The notes beneath the pieces were generated by a model that was given only the letters and a program-made list of their open reading frames with translations, was not told the DNA's origin and searched no databases. The translations under genes were made by a program, and so were the position numbers. A DNA stretch of 50,678 nucleotides, taken from positions 1 to 50,678 of the forward strand of contig PWJI01000010.1 of assembly GCA_003560095.1 (NCBI GenBank). Reading direction: 5' to 3'. This DNA comes from Candidatus Nealsonbacteria bacterium (GTDB taxonomy: Bacteria; Patescibacteriota; Minisyncoccia; Minisyncoccales; PWPS01). Of this stretch, positions 1 to 9,038 are shown piece by piece; the stretch's first letter is position 1, and every line of letters begins with the position of its first letter.

Positions 1-418
1 CAAACGGCGACTTAAAAACAACTCTGTCATCTTTTATTTTAACCATTTTTTTATTTTCCTTTTGAGTAAAAAAATTATCTTTCTTTGCTATTTTGCCTGT
101 TTTTTGCTCAAAGCCTTGACCCAAGCTAAAAACCTGAAATCCTCCACTATCGGTCATAATAGGATAATTAATATTTAAAAATTTATGCAATCCTCCCATT
201 TTTTTTACTGTTTTGTGCTCTCCCTTACAATAAAAATGGAAAGTGTTTACCATAAAAATATCAGCACCTATGTCTTTAATATCTTCAAAAGAAGCACCCT
301 TTAGTGCTCCTCCGGTAGCAACGGGGACAAATCCGGGCGTTTTTATTTCTCCGTGTGGAGTTTTTAAAACACCTGTTCTTGCACTGCCAAATCTTTTTTT
401 AATCTCAAAGTCAAACAT
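1..418 (-). CDS. tgt: queuine tRNA-ribosyltransferase, N-terminal part (3' end runs off the window)
   Basis: Reverse complement from ATG at 418-416 reads MFDFEIKKRFGSARTGVLKTPHGEIKTPGFVPVATGGALKG..NTFHFY..MTDSGGFQVFSL. This is the conserved Tgt N-terminus including the TDSGGFQ motif. The frame is open to position 1; it is absent from the ORF track because there is no in-window stop. Confidence 0.85.
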   Translation of the reverse strand, partial: MFDFEIKKRFGSARTGVLKTPHGEIKTPGFVPVATGGALKGASFEDIKDIGADIFMVNTFHFYCKGEHKTVKKMGGLHKFLNINYPIMTDSGGFQVFSLGQGFEQKTGKIAKKDNFFTQKENKKMVKIKDDRVVFKSPF

Positions 419-435
419 AATTGAATTATGCACTA

Positions 436-481
436 ATTAAAAAACAAATAAAGGGTGCCACTCCTGAGAGCGCACCCTTTA
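436..481 (-). terminator. Rho-independent terminator after the 487..678 gene
   Basis: Inverted repeat AAAGGGTGC (450-458) / GCACCCTTT (472-480). On the minus strand the stem is followed by TTTATTTGTTTTTT. Confidence 0.6.
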
Positions 482-486
482 TTGCT

Positions 487-678
487 TTATCCTTTTACCA
501 GGCTTTCATAAACAACAAGAACAGCTAATATAATTACTAATAAAGATATGGCAAAGAAAACAATTTCTGCCACTTGTGGGTCTTGAGCCATTTCTTTAAG
601 CCAAATCCACACATTAAATGGTACTGCCAATCCTAGTACAAATCCTCCAATTAAAGCCTTTATTCTCCCTGTCTTCAT
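487..678 (-). CDS. small two-helix membrane protein, unknown function
   Basis: 63-aa ORF with two hydrophobic stretches (ALIGGFVLGLAVPFNVWIW and VFFAISLLVIILAVLVVY). A GGAGGA-like SD lies upstream (aaaaaggaggaaaatag on the minus strand) and a terminator downstream. Confidence 0.5.
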   Translation of the reverse strand: MKTGRIKALIGGFVLGLAVPFNVWIWLKEMAQDPQVAEIVFFAISLLVIILAVLVVYESLVKG

Positions 679-767
679 TATCTATTTTCCTCCTTTTTTT
701 GTAGAATAAAGCAATATTTCTATTATAAAATAAAATATTGCTATTGTCAATAATTTTGCTTTCTTTT

Positions 768-2648
768 TTAATCAAGAAAAACAAAATCGAGTTGCCTTAG
801 CTCAATACTCCCCCCTACAAGCTTAACCTTGACTTTATTTCCAAGTGCATAACGCTTTCTTTTTCTTGTTCCGATAAGCGCATAATTCTCTTCATCTAAT
901 ATATAATAATCATCATCCATATCTCTTACCGAAACCAATCCTTCTGCTTTTGTTTCTATTTCTTGAATAAAAACCCCTGCATTGTTAACTCCCGAAACAA
1001 TAGCATCAAAAACATCTCCCACTCTTTCAAGCATATACTCTACCTGCTTATAAGAAATAGAAGCTCTTTCGGCATCAAGGACATCAAGCTCTGTTAAAGA
1101 TATTTCTTGGGCAATTTTTTCGTAACCACTGGTATTTATTTTTTCTCCCTTAATCTTTTTTTTAACTATTCTGTGCATTGAAAGATCTGCATATCTTCTT
1201 ATCGGTGAAGTAAAGTGCATATAATTTTTTAGAGCCAGTCCAAAGTGTTTTTTATTTTTTGTAGAATAAGCAGCTTTGGCCATCGATTTTAAAACTGTCT
1301 TCTTTACCAAATACTCCTCATCTCTTCCTTTTATTCTTCTCATTAATTCATTTAGTTCGCTGGAAGATATCTCTTTTTCTTTCATATTGATATTAAGTCC
1401 AAAATTAGAAAGAAAAGAAAGTAAATCATCTATAATTTTTTTATCAGGATTTTCATGAATACGGTAAAGAGTGTTAAATTTTTCCGAAACTTTTTCATTT
1501 GCCAAAACCATAAACTCTTCAATCAAATTATGAGTAAAGAGATGTTCTTTTCTATAAACAGAAACAGGTCTTCCGTCGTGATCGAGCTTAAAGTAAAGCT
1601 CATCATCTTCAATCAAAAGAGCTCCTTTTTCTGTTCTTTTCTTTTTCCTTTTCTTTGCCATCTCTTCAAGCACCAAAAGTTCTTCGATAAACTCCCCTTT
1701 CTTACTATCAAGAACAAGCTGTGCTTCTTTGTAGTTAAATCTTTTTTGTGAACGAATAACCGTTTCCCCAAACCAACTATTTAAAACCTCACCATTTTTT
1801 TTCATCCTAAATACAGCAGAAAAAGCAGCCCTGTCTTCTTTGGGCTTTAAGCTGCAAATATCGTTGGAAAGTACTTCGGGAAGCATAGGAATGGTTCTGT
1901 CAACTAAATAAATAGAAAATGCTCTTTTTCTGGCTTCTTTGTCAAGAATGGACCCTTCGGAAATATAATACGAAACATCAGCAATATGAACCCCAACCTC
2001 ATAAATGTCTTTATCTATTTTTTTAAGAGAAAGAGCATCGTCAAAATCTTTTGCGTCTTCAGGATCTATGGTAAAAGTTGGTATTCCTCTAAAATCTTTT
2101 CTTTTTTGATAATTAACAATTTTTTTCTTTGCTTTTTTGGCATCCTCCTCTACTTTTCGAGGAAAATCAACCGACAAACCTTTTTCTAAAACTATAGAAT
2201 GAAGTTCTGTATCGTTATCGCCCTTTTCCCCAATAATATCAATGATTTTACCCTCCGGATTTTTTTTATTATCTTCCCATTTAGTTATTTCAACAAGAGC
2301 TTTAACCCCTCCCTTTGCATCACTTTTGGGAATGAAAATATCAACATACATCTTAGGGTCATCAGGAACAAGAAAAGCAAAGCTTTTTCCTTTTTTTCTT
2401 TCAATGGTCCCTACAAATCTTTTTTTTGCTCTTTTTATTATATTAACAACCTCTCCCTGTCTTCTCTCTTTCTTTTTTTGAGGAAGCAAAATAATCTCTA
2501 CTTTGTCATTGTGAAGAGCTGTATTTAAAAGAGAAGATTCTATTTTAACATCTTCCTCCAATTCATCTACACTCACATATCCCGATCCAAGAGAATTGAT
2601 ACTTATAATTCCTTTAATTTTTTTTGACATAAATTTATAATTTCTCAA
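768..2648 (-). CDS. rnr: exoribonuclease R / RNase II family (RNB catalytic domain plus C-terminal S1-like domain)
   Basis: 626 aa. It has the RNB signature region FTIDPEDAKDFDDALSL, then HIADVSYY, IYLVDRTIPMLPE, HFGLALKNYMHFTSPIRRYADL, and a C-terminal S1-like VFDAIVSGVNNAGVFIQ. The true start may be the second Met (MSKKIKG, 2630). Confidence 0.9.
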   Translation of the reverse strand: MRNYKFMSKKIKGIISINSLGSGYVSVDELEEDVKIESSLLNTALHNDKVEIILLPQKKKERRQGEVVNIIKRAKKRFVGTIERKKGKSFAFLVPDDPKMYVDIFIPKSDAKGGVKALVEITKWEDNKKNPEGKIIDIIGEKGDNDTELHSIVLEKGLSVDFPRKVEEDAKKAKKKIVNYQKRKDFRGIPTFTIDPEDAKDFDDALSLKKIDKDIYEVGVHIADVSYYISEGSILDKEARKRAFSIYLVDRTIPMLPEVLSNDICSLKPKEDRAAFSAVFRMKKNGEVLNSWFGETVIRSQKRFNYKEAQLVLDSKKGEFIEELLVLEEMAKKRKKKRTEKGALLIEDDELYFKLDHDGRPVSVYRKEHLFTHNLIEEFMVLANEKVSEKFNTLYRIHENPDKKIIDDLLSFLSNFGLNINMKEKEISSSELNELMRRIKGRDEEYLVKKTVLKSMAKAAYSTKNKKHFGLALKNYMHFTSPIRRYADLSMHRIVKKKIKGEKINTSGYEKIAQEISLTELDVLDAERASISYKQVEYMLERVGDVFDAIVSGVNNAGVFIQEIETKAEGLVSVRDMDDDYYILDEENYALIGTRKRKRYALGNKVKVKLVGGSIELRQLDFVFLD

Positions 2649-2687
2649 TATTTTTTAAGTATAAACAATCTTTTTTTCTCAAGCAAA

Positions 2688-2762
2688 CAAAAAAAGGGAT
2701 AATTCCCTTTTTTACAAGTTAACCCTAAAACAGAAACCCCCCTAAAAAAGAGGGGGCCTCTT
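2688..2762 (-). terminator. two tandem hairpins downstream of the cold-shock gene
   Basis: Hairpin 1 is CCCCCT (2738-2743) / AGGGGG (2751-2756). Hairpin 2 is AAAAAGGGA (2691-2699) / TCCCTTTTT (2705-2713), with A/T runs on both sides. Confidence 0.55.
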
Positions 2763-2764
2763 TT

Positions 2765-2959
2765 TTAGGCGCGAGAAACGTTTGCTGCTTTTGGTCCTTT
2801 GTTAGAAGAAGCAACTTCGAAACTCACTTTATCTCCTACCTTAAGATCATCGAATCTTACATCGACAAGGTCATTAGAGTGAAAAAAGAGATCATCTTCT
2901 CCTTCTCTCTCAATAAAACCAAAACCTCTTTCGGTAAGTGTTTTAATTGTACCTTCCAT
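2765..2959 (-). CDS. csp: cold-shock protein (CspA family, single CSD)
   Basis: 64 aa, MEGTIKTLTERGFGFIEREGEDDLFFHSNDL... It carries the RNP1-like GFGFI and RNP2-like LFFH motifs typical of CspA. Confidence 0.9.
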   Translation of the reverse strand: MEGTIKTLTERGFGFIEREGEDDLFFHSNDLVDVRFDDLKVGDKVSFEVASSNKGPKAANVSRA

Positions 2960-3079
2960 TTAAAGTAAATTTTGCTTATTTAATAATTCCCATAAAAGGG
3001 AAAAGTGACAGAAACCCGACCCCATTTCTCCACGTTACGCCCTTAAGAGTACATTATTTTAATTACTTTGTCAATTTAT

Positions 3080-3727
3080 CTATAATCCTGCAAGCAAAGA
3101 AGAGGCTATTCCTGTTAAAAAAATTGCATCAAGTAACCCTGCCCCTCCAATAGAAACAACTCCACTGCCTTTTCTCATTGCCCAAGGAAGATAAAGAAGG
3201 TCTGCCCCAATCAAAACCCCAAAAACACCCGCTGAAAAAGCTACTTGAGGCGCACTTTCAGGAGAAAGCAAAACAGCAAAAAACGCAGAAAATAAAATAG
3301 GTAAAGTCATAGACACAAATACTCCTTTTGTCTTAACAAACTGAGCTCCCAAAAAAGAAAAAAAAGAAACAATAACAGTTGTGGCAAGTAGAGCCTCAAA
3401 AGGAGCATTATAAGCAAAATATCCGGCAATTAATATTGGAATAACAGCTCCTCCGATATTTACAGAAACTCCCTGAAACCTCCAAGCATTTCTTTTAAAT
3501 ATTCCAAAAAAATAAGCCTCTCTTACTTTTACAAGGCTACGCTTCCCTAAGGGTATATTAATAAAGGATCCTATAATAATTAAAAAAAGAAGAGGAAGTA
3601 TTTCTTTAAGAGAAAGTTCTAAAAAACTAAGCCCCGCCCCTGTCAAGTAAAAAAACAAACCTCCCACAATAAAAGGAGAGATTAATACTAAAATTATTAT
3701 AAAAATTATAAGATAAAAAACTGCCAT
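3080..3727 (-). CDS. polytopic integral membrane protein (possibly DUF1614-like)
   Basis: 215 aa with about 6 hydrophobic helices and an NIGGAVIPI motif. The family call is from memory only and is weak. Confidence 0.4.
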   Translation of the reverse strand: MAVFYLIIFIIILVLISPFIVGGLFFYLTGAGLSFLELSLKEILPLLFLIIIGSFINIPLGKRSLVKVREAYFFGIFKRNAWRFQGVSVNIGGAVIPILIAGYFAYNAPFEALLATTVIVSFFSFLGAQFVKTKGVFVSMTLPILFSAFFAVLLSPESAPQVAFSAGVFGVLIGADLLYLPWAMRKGSGVVSIGGAGLLDAIFLTGIASSLLAGL

Positions 3728-3728
3728 T

Positions 3729-4328
3729 TTATTCCCAAGTCACAACAAACCGATGAACTTCACTATCATCTTTTAATGCACAACTTTCTTCACGACATCT
3801 TCCCTTTTTTCCCGTTACAAAGAAAATTAATTGCTCAAAAAAACCTTCCAAATGCAAGCAATAATCGGGATGACCTTTAAAATTATGTATTTCAGTTACT
3901 ATTTTTTTGTTTTCTTCATCTATTTGCGCAACCTTAAAGCTTCCCGCGTTTTTATGATATCTTTCCCAAGCCTCTTGAGAATTATTGCAAATAGTTTTTA
4001 TAGAAATAAGAAACCTGCTCGCAAATTTTATAATAAAGGAGGCTTTAGCCGAATCTCTGCCCATTTCTCTCATTTCCTCATCGCTTAAATTAAAAAATTT
4101 TCTCGATAGAACAAGAAAAGTTAAATAAGAAGAGATAGGAACTTCCTTTGTTTTTTTATAGTCAAAAACATTTATATTGTTTCTTTCCAGTTCTTTTTTT
4201 AGTTCTTCTAATTTTTCTTTTCCAAATTTTCTCTCAATAAATTCCATATCATCAAAAAAACCACGCACAGAATATTTCCCGGTTTCTTTGTTTATACTGT
4301 CTTTATCTTTTTCCGTTAAACTTAACAT
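3729..4328 (-). CDS. cytoplasmic protein with a C-terminal V4R-like (4-vinyl-reductase type) small-molecule-binding domain
   Basis: The C-terminus HPDYCLHLEGFFEQLIFFVTGKKGRCREESCALKDDSEVHRFVVTWE matches the V4R pattern C-x3-G-x12-20-C-x-E-x2-C-x-5-10-F. I place the start at ATG 4328 (MLSLTEKD...). The ORF-track start at 4370 is a TTG inside a promoter-like element. Confidence 0.45.
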   Translation of the reverse strand: MLSLTEKDKDSINKETGKYSVRGFFDDMEFIERKFGKEKLEELKKELERNNINVFDYKKTKEVPISSYLTFLVLSRKFFNLSDEEMREMGRDSAKASFIIKFASRFLISIKTICNNSQEAWERYHKNAGSFKVAQIDEENKKIVTEIHNFKGHPDYCLHLEGFFEQLIFFVTGKKGRCREESCALKDDSEVHRFVVTWE

Positions 4329-4360
4329 AAATAATTCTTTAATGTTGTAGCAATGTCTAT

Positions 4361-4369
4361 ATTGTAGCA
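4361..4369 (-). promoter_or_regulatory. extended -10 element TGCTACAAT (minus strand) upstream of the V4R-like gene
   Basis: Plus-strand ATTGTAGCA is the reverse complement of TGCTACAAT. A second near copy (TGCTACAAC) lies at 4344-4352. Confidence 0.35.
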
Positions 4370-4411
4370 ATAAATAAGAAAAAGAAAAGTTTTTATTATT
4401 TTTTTAAGCTA

Positions 4412-4420
4412 TGCTACAAT
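4412..4420 (+). promoter_or_regulatory. extended -10 element TGCTACAAT, 6 nt before the ATG of the antiporter gene (leaderless-type arrangement)
   Basis: TG-C-TACAAT at 4412-4420 and ATG at 4427. There is no SD in the 6-nt gap. Confidence 0.4.
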
Positions 4421-4426
4421 TGAAAA

Positions 4427-5716
4427 ATGGAAATTGCAACAGCTATTATTTCCGTAGGTATTCTTGTTTTTCTTGCACACTTCTTTGCATGGCTTTTTGG
4501 TTTCGTAAGAATACCCGATGTTTTAATGCTCATGTGTGTGGGTATCTTTATTGGCCCAGTAACTGGAATTGTTGCTCCCGACTTTTTAGGTGATGCAGGA
4601 GATATAATTATCATGCTTATATTGGTAATGATTCTTTTTGAGGGATCTGTAAGATTAAAAATTGAATCTCTTCAAAACTCCATACTTAGAACATTCGGAC
4701 TGGCATTTACTAGTTTTTTTCTTTCAATGATTGCGATAGGTTTTGTATTGTGGCAACTTGCAAACCTTCCTGCAATTCCCTCTTTTTTGATAGGTGCTAT
4801 TGTAGGAAGCAACTCAACCGCTATTGTTATTCCACTTATACAAAAAATGAAAATCAAAGAGGATTCAAGAGCAACCCTGGTGCTAGAGTCCGGGCTAAGC
4901 GATGTACTAAGCATAATTTTCACCCTTGCACTTATCTCCTCTCTCGAGATAGGCTCTTTTCACTTAAATTCCGTAGCCGAAGATATTTTTATGATCTTTT
5001 TAATATCGGCGATTATTGGAGGAATTTTTGCTCTTTTGTGGTCGCTTTTTTTAAACAAAATACACAACATTAAAGACTCTGCATTTACAACTCCTGCTTT
5101 TGTTTTTATTGTTTTTGGAGTAACCGATCTTCTTGGGTATGGAGGTTTTATCGCTGTTATTGTTTTTGGGATTGTTTTAGGCAACATCCCTATGCTTATT
5201 TCATCCCTTAAAGAAAAGCATAAATATCTTTACACCTTTCTTCATCCTCAGCCATTATCTACCAGAGAGCTCTCTTTTTTTCGGGAAATAGTTTTTTTGG
5301 TAAAAATATTTTTCTTTATTTTTATAGGAATATCTTTAAACTTTCAAGACACATCTGTTATGTTTCTTGGATTATCTCTCGCAATGCTTCTTTTCTTAAT
5401 TAGAATTCCTGCAATACTATCAACCATCTCAAACACTACGCCAAAATTTGACGCTTCCATTATGGCAGTAACCGCTCCAAGAGGATTAGCACCTGCAGTA
5501 TTGGCTCTTATTCCAATACAAAGAGGACTTGAAGGAGGACAATTAATACAAGACATTACTTATTCAGTAATTTTCTTCTCTATTCTTTTCGCTTCACTTC
5601 TCATATTCCTCCTCTATAATACAAAAATAAGAAACATTTACGAGTTTCTTTTGCCAAAATTCGCATCTAACCCAAAAGAAGGAAGTCGCGAATATCCCAA
5701 AAAAGAGGAAAAATAA
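4427..5716 (+). CDS. cation/proton antiporter, CPA1 (NhaP-type Na+/H+ exchanger) family
   Basis: 429 aa with about 11-12 TM helices. The N-terminal pattern LAHFFAWLFGFVRIPDVLMLMCVGIFIGP and the ESGLSDVL motif are typical of Na_H_Exchanger family proteins. Confidence 0.8.
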   Translation: MEIATAIISVGILVFLAHFFAWLFGFVRIPDVLMLMCVGIFIGPVTGIVAPDFLGDAGDIIIMLILVMILFEGSVRLKIESLQNSILRTFGLAFTSFFLSMIAIGFVLWQLANLPAIPSFLIGAIVGSNSTAIVIPLIQKMKIKEDSRATLVLESGLSDVLSIIFTLALISSLEIGSFHLNSVAEDIFMIFLISAIIGGIFALLWSLFLNKIHNIKDSAFTTPAFVFIVFGVTDLLGYGGFIAVIVFGIVLGNIPMLISSLKEKHKYLYTFLHPQPLSTRELSFFREIVFLVKIFFFIFIGISLNFQDTSVMFLGLSLAMLLFLIRIPAILSTISNTTPKFDASIMAVTAPRGLAPAVLALIPIQRGLEGGQLIQDITYSVIFFSILFASLLIFLLYNTKIRNIYEFLLPKFASNPKEGSREYPKKEEK

Positions 5717-6214
5717 TTATATCTCACAACCAACCTCTCTTGCCAAAATATTAATGTCTCTGCTTCCTTCGTAGAGACTACCGTCTATTTGAATTTCGGG
5801 AACAAACCCGGTAACTTTTTCTTCATTGCACCGATCAACATCCTCCATGCACTCAACATAAAGATCGCCCATTTTTTCATACCCTCCAAAGCTAGCTGCA
5901 AGACTTGCGCAGGCAGGGCAAGTTTCCGAACCATAAACAACAACATCATTTTTTTCCAAGCAATCAATAATCTCTGACAAATCTTCGTCATCTTCTATTG
6001 GTTTCTTGTCTAATTCTGTCTCCTCCATAGATTCCTTTCTTTCTTGACTAGACTCCTCTTGTCTTTCTGTCCCTATAACATCATTGCTTTCTTCTTGATG
6101 ATTGTAGTCACCCGAAAAAATAACAAGATAAAGAGAACCTGTAATTAAAAACGCTCCAATTAAAATTGATAGTACTGTTTTATTTCCTTTGTTTGAATAA
6201 TCTATTTTTTTCAT
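5717..6214 (-). CDS. membrane-anchored extracytoplasmic thioredoxin-like protein (CPAC active site)
   Basis: After a TM anchor and an acidic linker comes VVVYGSETCPACASLAASFGGYEKMGDLYVECMEDVDRCNEEKVTGFVPEIQIDG. This resembles the Trx-like domain fused to bacterial VKOR (YGA-x-WCPHC..ELFG..YVEC....C....I.GYPTW). The start is taken at the MKKIDYSN ATG at 6214; the ORF track extends to 6274. Confidence 0.65.
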   Translation of the reverse strand: MKKIDYSNKGNKTVLSILIGAFLITGSLYLVIFSGDYNHQEESNDVIGTERQEESSQERKESMEETELDKKPIEDDEDLSEIIDCLEKNDVVVYGSETCPACASLAASFGGYEKMGDLYVECMEDVDRCNEEKVTGFVPEIQIDGSLYEGSRDINILAREVGCEI

Positions 6215-6365
6215 ATAATCTTTTTTAATAAATTTATCAATTAATAAAAACAAAAAACTTACCGGGTTGACCAAAACATGTCACCCTATGTCTTGATTAT
6301 TTCCAATAACTACCTTCAAATGCTTTACAGATTTGCCTAAGTAAAGCAAATGAAAATAAAAAATC

Positions 6366-7139
6366 TTACGCGCCAAAGTCCCTTTTTTCTATCCTACCAT
6401 CGCCCGGAAAAACAATCCATCTACTTGGAGCTCCCTCTTCTAAAGTTTCTGTTATAAAGAAAAATCCTTCTTCTTCTTCACTCCACCCAATCCCCCTAAA
6501 TCCCGGATTAAATTCTTTTTCAGAACTTACTTCTAGCTTTTCTAAAATATCATCTCCGGAAATAGTTACTTCTTTTTCAAAGCTTCTTGCATTATCTATG
6601 CTAAAATACTCTCCTTTTCCACTTCTCGTATTAATTGTATAGGCAAAATAGGATACATCTGATGACCAAACAACATTTCCAATAATTCCTTTATTCTCTT
6701 CTCCGAAAAAAGTAATATCTCTAGTCCCTATATCCAAAACCCAAAAAAGAGAGATATTTTTATCTTCTCTGCTTGTGGAAACTGGGAAAATAATACTCCT
6801 TTGTCCTTTTGGAAACTTGGATACGGTAAGAAAAACACTAAAATCTTCTAAAGAAAGTTCATCTTCTTTTATGACAAAAGGATTTTCTTTTGTTAATCTA
6901 TTCCACTCTTTCAAGGAATCATTTCTAAAATCTTCTATAGAATAAGAAAATAAAACTTCGTCGTTTTCTCTTACAAAAATAGTGTCTTTCTCTTCAGATA
7001 CATTTACTGTTACTTCTTTTCTAGCTAAGTTTACATAATCAATTTGAGAATAAAAAAAATAAGCCACCGCCACCACAATTAAGGAAACAGCGACAATTAG
7101 TCCTGTTACAAAAATTACATTTTTAAGACTTTGTTTCAT
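6366..7139 (-). CDS. N-terminally anchored exported protein, unknown function
   Basis: 257 aa with one N-terminal TM (IFVTGLIVAVSLIVVAVAYFF). The rest is beta-rich with a PD40-like WSSDVSYFAY motif. No confident family. Confidence 0.4.
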   Translation of the reverse strand: MKQSLKNVIFVTGLIVAVSLIVVAVAYFFYSQIDYVNLARKEVTVNVSEEKDTIFVRENDEVLFSYSIEDFRNDSLKEWNRLTKENPFVIKEDELSLEDFSVFLTVSKFPKGQRSIIFPVSTSREDKNISLFWVLDIGTRDITFFGEENKGIIGNVVWSSDVSYFAYTINTRSGKGEYFSIDNARSFEKEVTISGDDILEKLEVSSEKEFNPGFRGIGWSEEEEGFFFITETLEEGAPSRWIVFPGDGRIEKRDFGA

Positions 7140-7257
7140 ATGTTTTTCTCATTTTAAATTGTTAAGATCAGCTTATAGTATAGTAACAAAAAAAAGATAA
7201 TATAACAAGCAAATACTTTTAAAATAATCTTTATGTATTATAATATGCAAAAAGGAG

Positions 7258-7689
7258 GTGATTAAGGTGGTTATTTGCTTTGATTGCGATGGTACTATCA
7301 CAAAAAACGGAGGATGGGGTCTTTCTGAAGTTAATGTTCCTTGGTGGATTTTAAAAATAGTTTTCTCAATTTATAATCCAAAAATAAATGAAGAAGTGCT
7401 TGAATTAATGGCTTACTACAAAAAAAGAAAGAAAAAGGTTCTCGTGATTACCTGTAGGCCAAAAGAGCTAAGTTTACTAACATGGAAATACCTAGAAAAA
7501 GAAACAAAAAAAAATCTTGAAATAAAAGAAGTTCCGGTTGATAAAATTATTTTTTTAGGCCCCGGCCCAAATTCTTCCCAAAAAAAAATCGCAACAGCTC
7601 TTAAAGAAAACGTAGAAATATTTTACGACAACAGTGAAAAAACAATAGAAAGAGCTAAAAAAAGCGGAATAACATCTTTTTTGGTTTAA
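7258..7689 (+). CDS. small HAD-superfamily phosphatase-like protein
   Basis: Motif I is FDCDGTIT, a motif II-like LVITCR follows, and there is a C-terminal YDNS. SD AAAGGAGG lies at 7251-7258, so GTG 7267 (8-nt spacing) is a likelier start than GTG 7258. Confidence 0.5.
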   Translation: MIKVVICFDCDGTITKNGGWGLSEVNVPWWILKIVFSIYNPKINEEVLELMAYYKKRKKKVLVITCRPKELSLLTWKYLEKETKKNLEIKEVPVDKIIFLGPGPNSSQKKIATALKENVEIFYDNSEKTIERAKKSGITSFLV

Positions 7690-7717
7690 GGCAGAGAGTT
7701 AATCTTCTCTGCTTTTT

Positions 7718-9025
7718 TTAATAATCTCTCACACATCTCACAGAAGCTGTTCCTCTTGCATCTCTACAATTGCGCCTAATCCCCGTTTCATTATAATTAA
7801 TTTCTCTTGTTGCATAAGCCGCTCTGGCAATACCACACTGAGCATCTCCATGTGCCGAAGTTGATGACCAAAAAAAACCATCCTCCCCCATTCCGCGAAA
7901 TGTACCCAAACTATGACCCAGCTGATAGCCCGAAGGAAGAGCATCAAACCCTAAATCACCAAATAAATTATTTTCTTTTAAATCTCCTTCTTTCCAAAAA
8001 TCATAATTTCCAGAAAGCTTACTTCCCTCGTCGCTTCCTCGAAAACCATAATCTTTAGCATATCTTTCATTTAATCCTATTTCAGTTTCTAAAACTACCC
8101 AATCTTCATCGGTAGGAATTCTCCACCCTAAAGGGCATATTCCTTGCACTCCTTCTCCTTCTTGACCACAAAAAGCACTTCTAATGTCATAAAGTCCACC
8201 GTAACGATTACAATTACCTATGCTATCTTGATAACAATAACGTTTAACTTGGCAATCAATGTCGGTTTCTCCTTCCTCGATATTCAAATTTTCCTGTATC
8301 CAGCATTGATCAGCAATTCTTAAAGTATTATATTCTTCTTTTCCATATTTAATTAGGTCTCCACACTCCCACGCACTGTCTGTTATTACGCTAACCTCTT
8401 TGCTGTAATCACTTTCCTCATCATTTGCAATTTGAGTAATTGCATAAAAATATCTTTTTCCGGGAACAACATCCCTATCAGAATAATTTTCATTAACAGA
8501 TCTGCCTATTTCTTCATATATTCCTCCTTCGTAATCAGTTCTATAAATAACGTACTTCTCTTTCCCGACAGAATAATCCCAAAACAAATCTACTCTAGGC
8601 TCAAGGTTCTTATGAAAGCTTACTCTTTCCCCTCTAAGCCCCTCTGGTGGCTTTGGGGCAGTAATAGCACTTGCAACCGAACTAAAAGAACTTTCTGTAA
8701 TATTAATTGTTTGAGTAACTCTATAATAATACTCAGTAGAAGGATCAAGCCCTTTATCCAAGTATTCCTCTTTGGTAGAAAACCCTACACTTCTCCCGAA
8801 AGGTCCGTCAGGATTTTCAGATCGATAAATATTAAATTGCACCGCCCTTTCATCACCATCCCAAGTAAGCTTTATCTCACTGTCAGACCTTGTCTCCGCA
8901 GAAAGATGGGTCGGAACATTTTCTTCTCTAACCGATAAAATAACAATGAGTAAGATAATAAAAATTATAGGTAAAGACCAAAAAAAAGCTTTCTTTTTAT
9001 TAATTTTAGATAATTTTTCTTGCAT
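7718..9025 (-). CDS. type II membrane protein: two FN3-like domains plus a C-terminal Fib_succ_major (TIGR02145-type) domain
   Basis: It has an N-terminal TM. The FN3-like segments are IKLTWDG..FNIYRS..STEYYYRVTQ and VDLFWDY..YVIYRT..KRYFYAITQ (about 8381-8908). The C-terminus (7721-8371) has IADQCWIQENLN, YGGLYD, CPLGWRIPTDEDW, GFDALPSGY, FFWSSTS and SVRCVRDY. Confidence 0.75.
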   Translation of the reverse strand: MQEKLSKINKKKAFFWSLPIIFIILLIVILSVREENVPTHLSAETRSDSEIKLTWDGDERAVQFNIYRSENPDGPFGRSVGFSTKEEYLDKGLDPSTEYYYRVTQTINITESSFSSVASAITAPKPPEGLRGERVSFHKNLEPRVDLFWDYSVGKEKYVIYRTDYEGGIYEEIGRSVNENYSDRDVVPGKRYFYAITQIANDEESDYSKEVSVITDSAWECGDLIKYGKEEYNTLRIADQCWIQENLNIEEGETDIDCQVKRYCYQDSIGNCNRYGGLYDIRSAFCGQEGEGVQGICPLGWRIPTDEDWVVLETEIGLNERYAKDYGFRGSDEGSKLSGNYDFWKEGDLKENNLFGDLGFDALPSGYQLGHSLGTFRGMGEDGFFWSSTSAHGDAQCGIARAAYATREINYNETGIRRNCRDARGTASVRCVRDY

Positions 9026-9038
9026 TTTCTTAAAAATA

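Noticed and set aside
243-440. 65-aa plus-strand ORF from the track
   Set aside because: It lies entirely antisense to the well-conserved tgt N-terminal coding region (1..418, minus) and has no recognisable motifs.
5714-5719. Convergent genes abutting with no spacer (TAATTA: stop of the antiporter directly against the stop of the Trx-like gene)
   Set aside because: This was noted as a curiosity of genome compaction. No hairpin or regulatory structure is discernible, so it is not reported as a feature.
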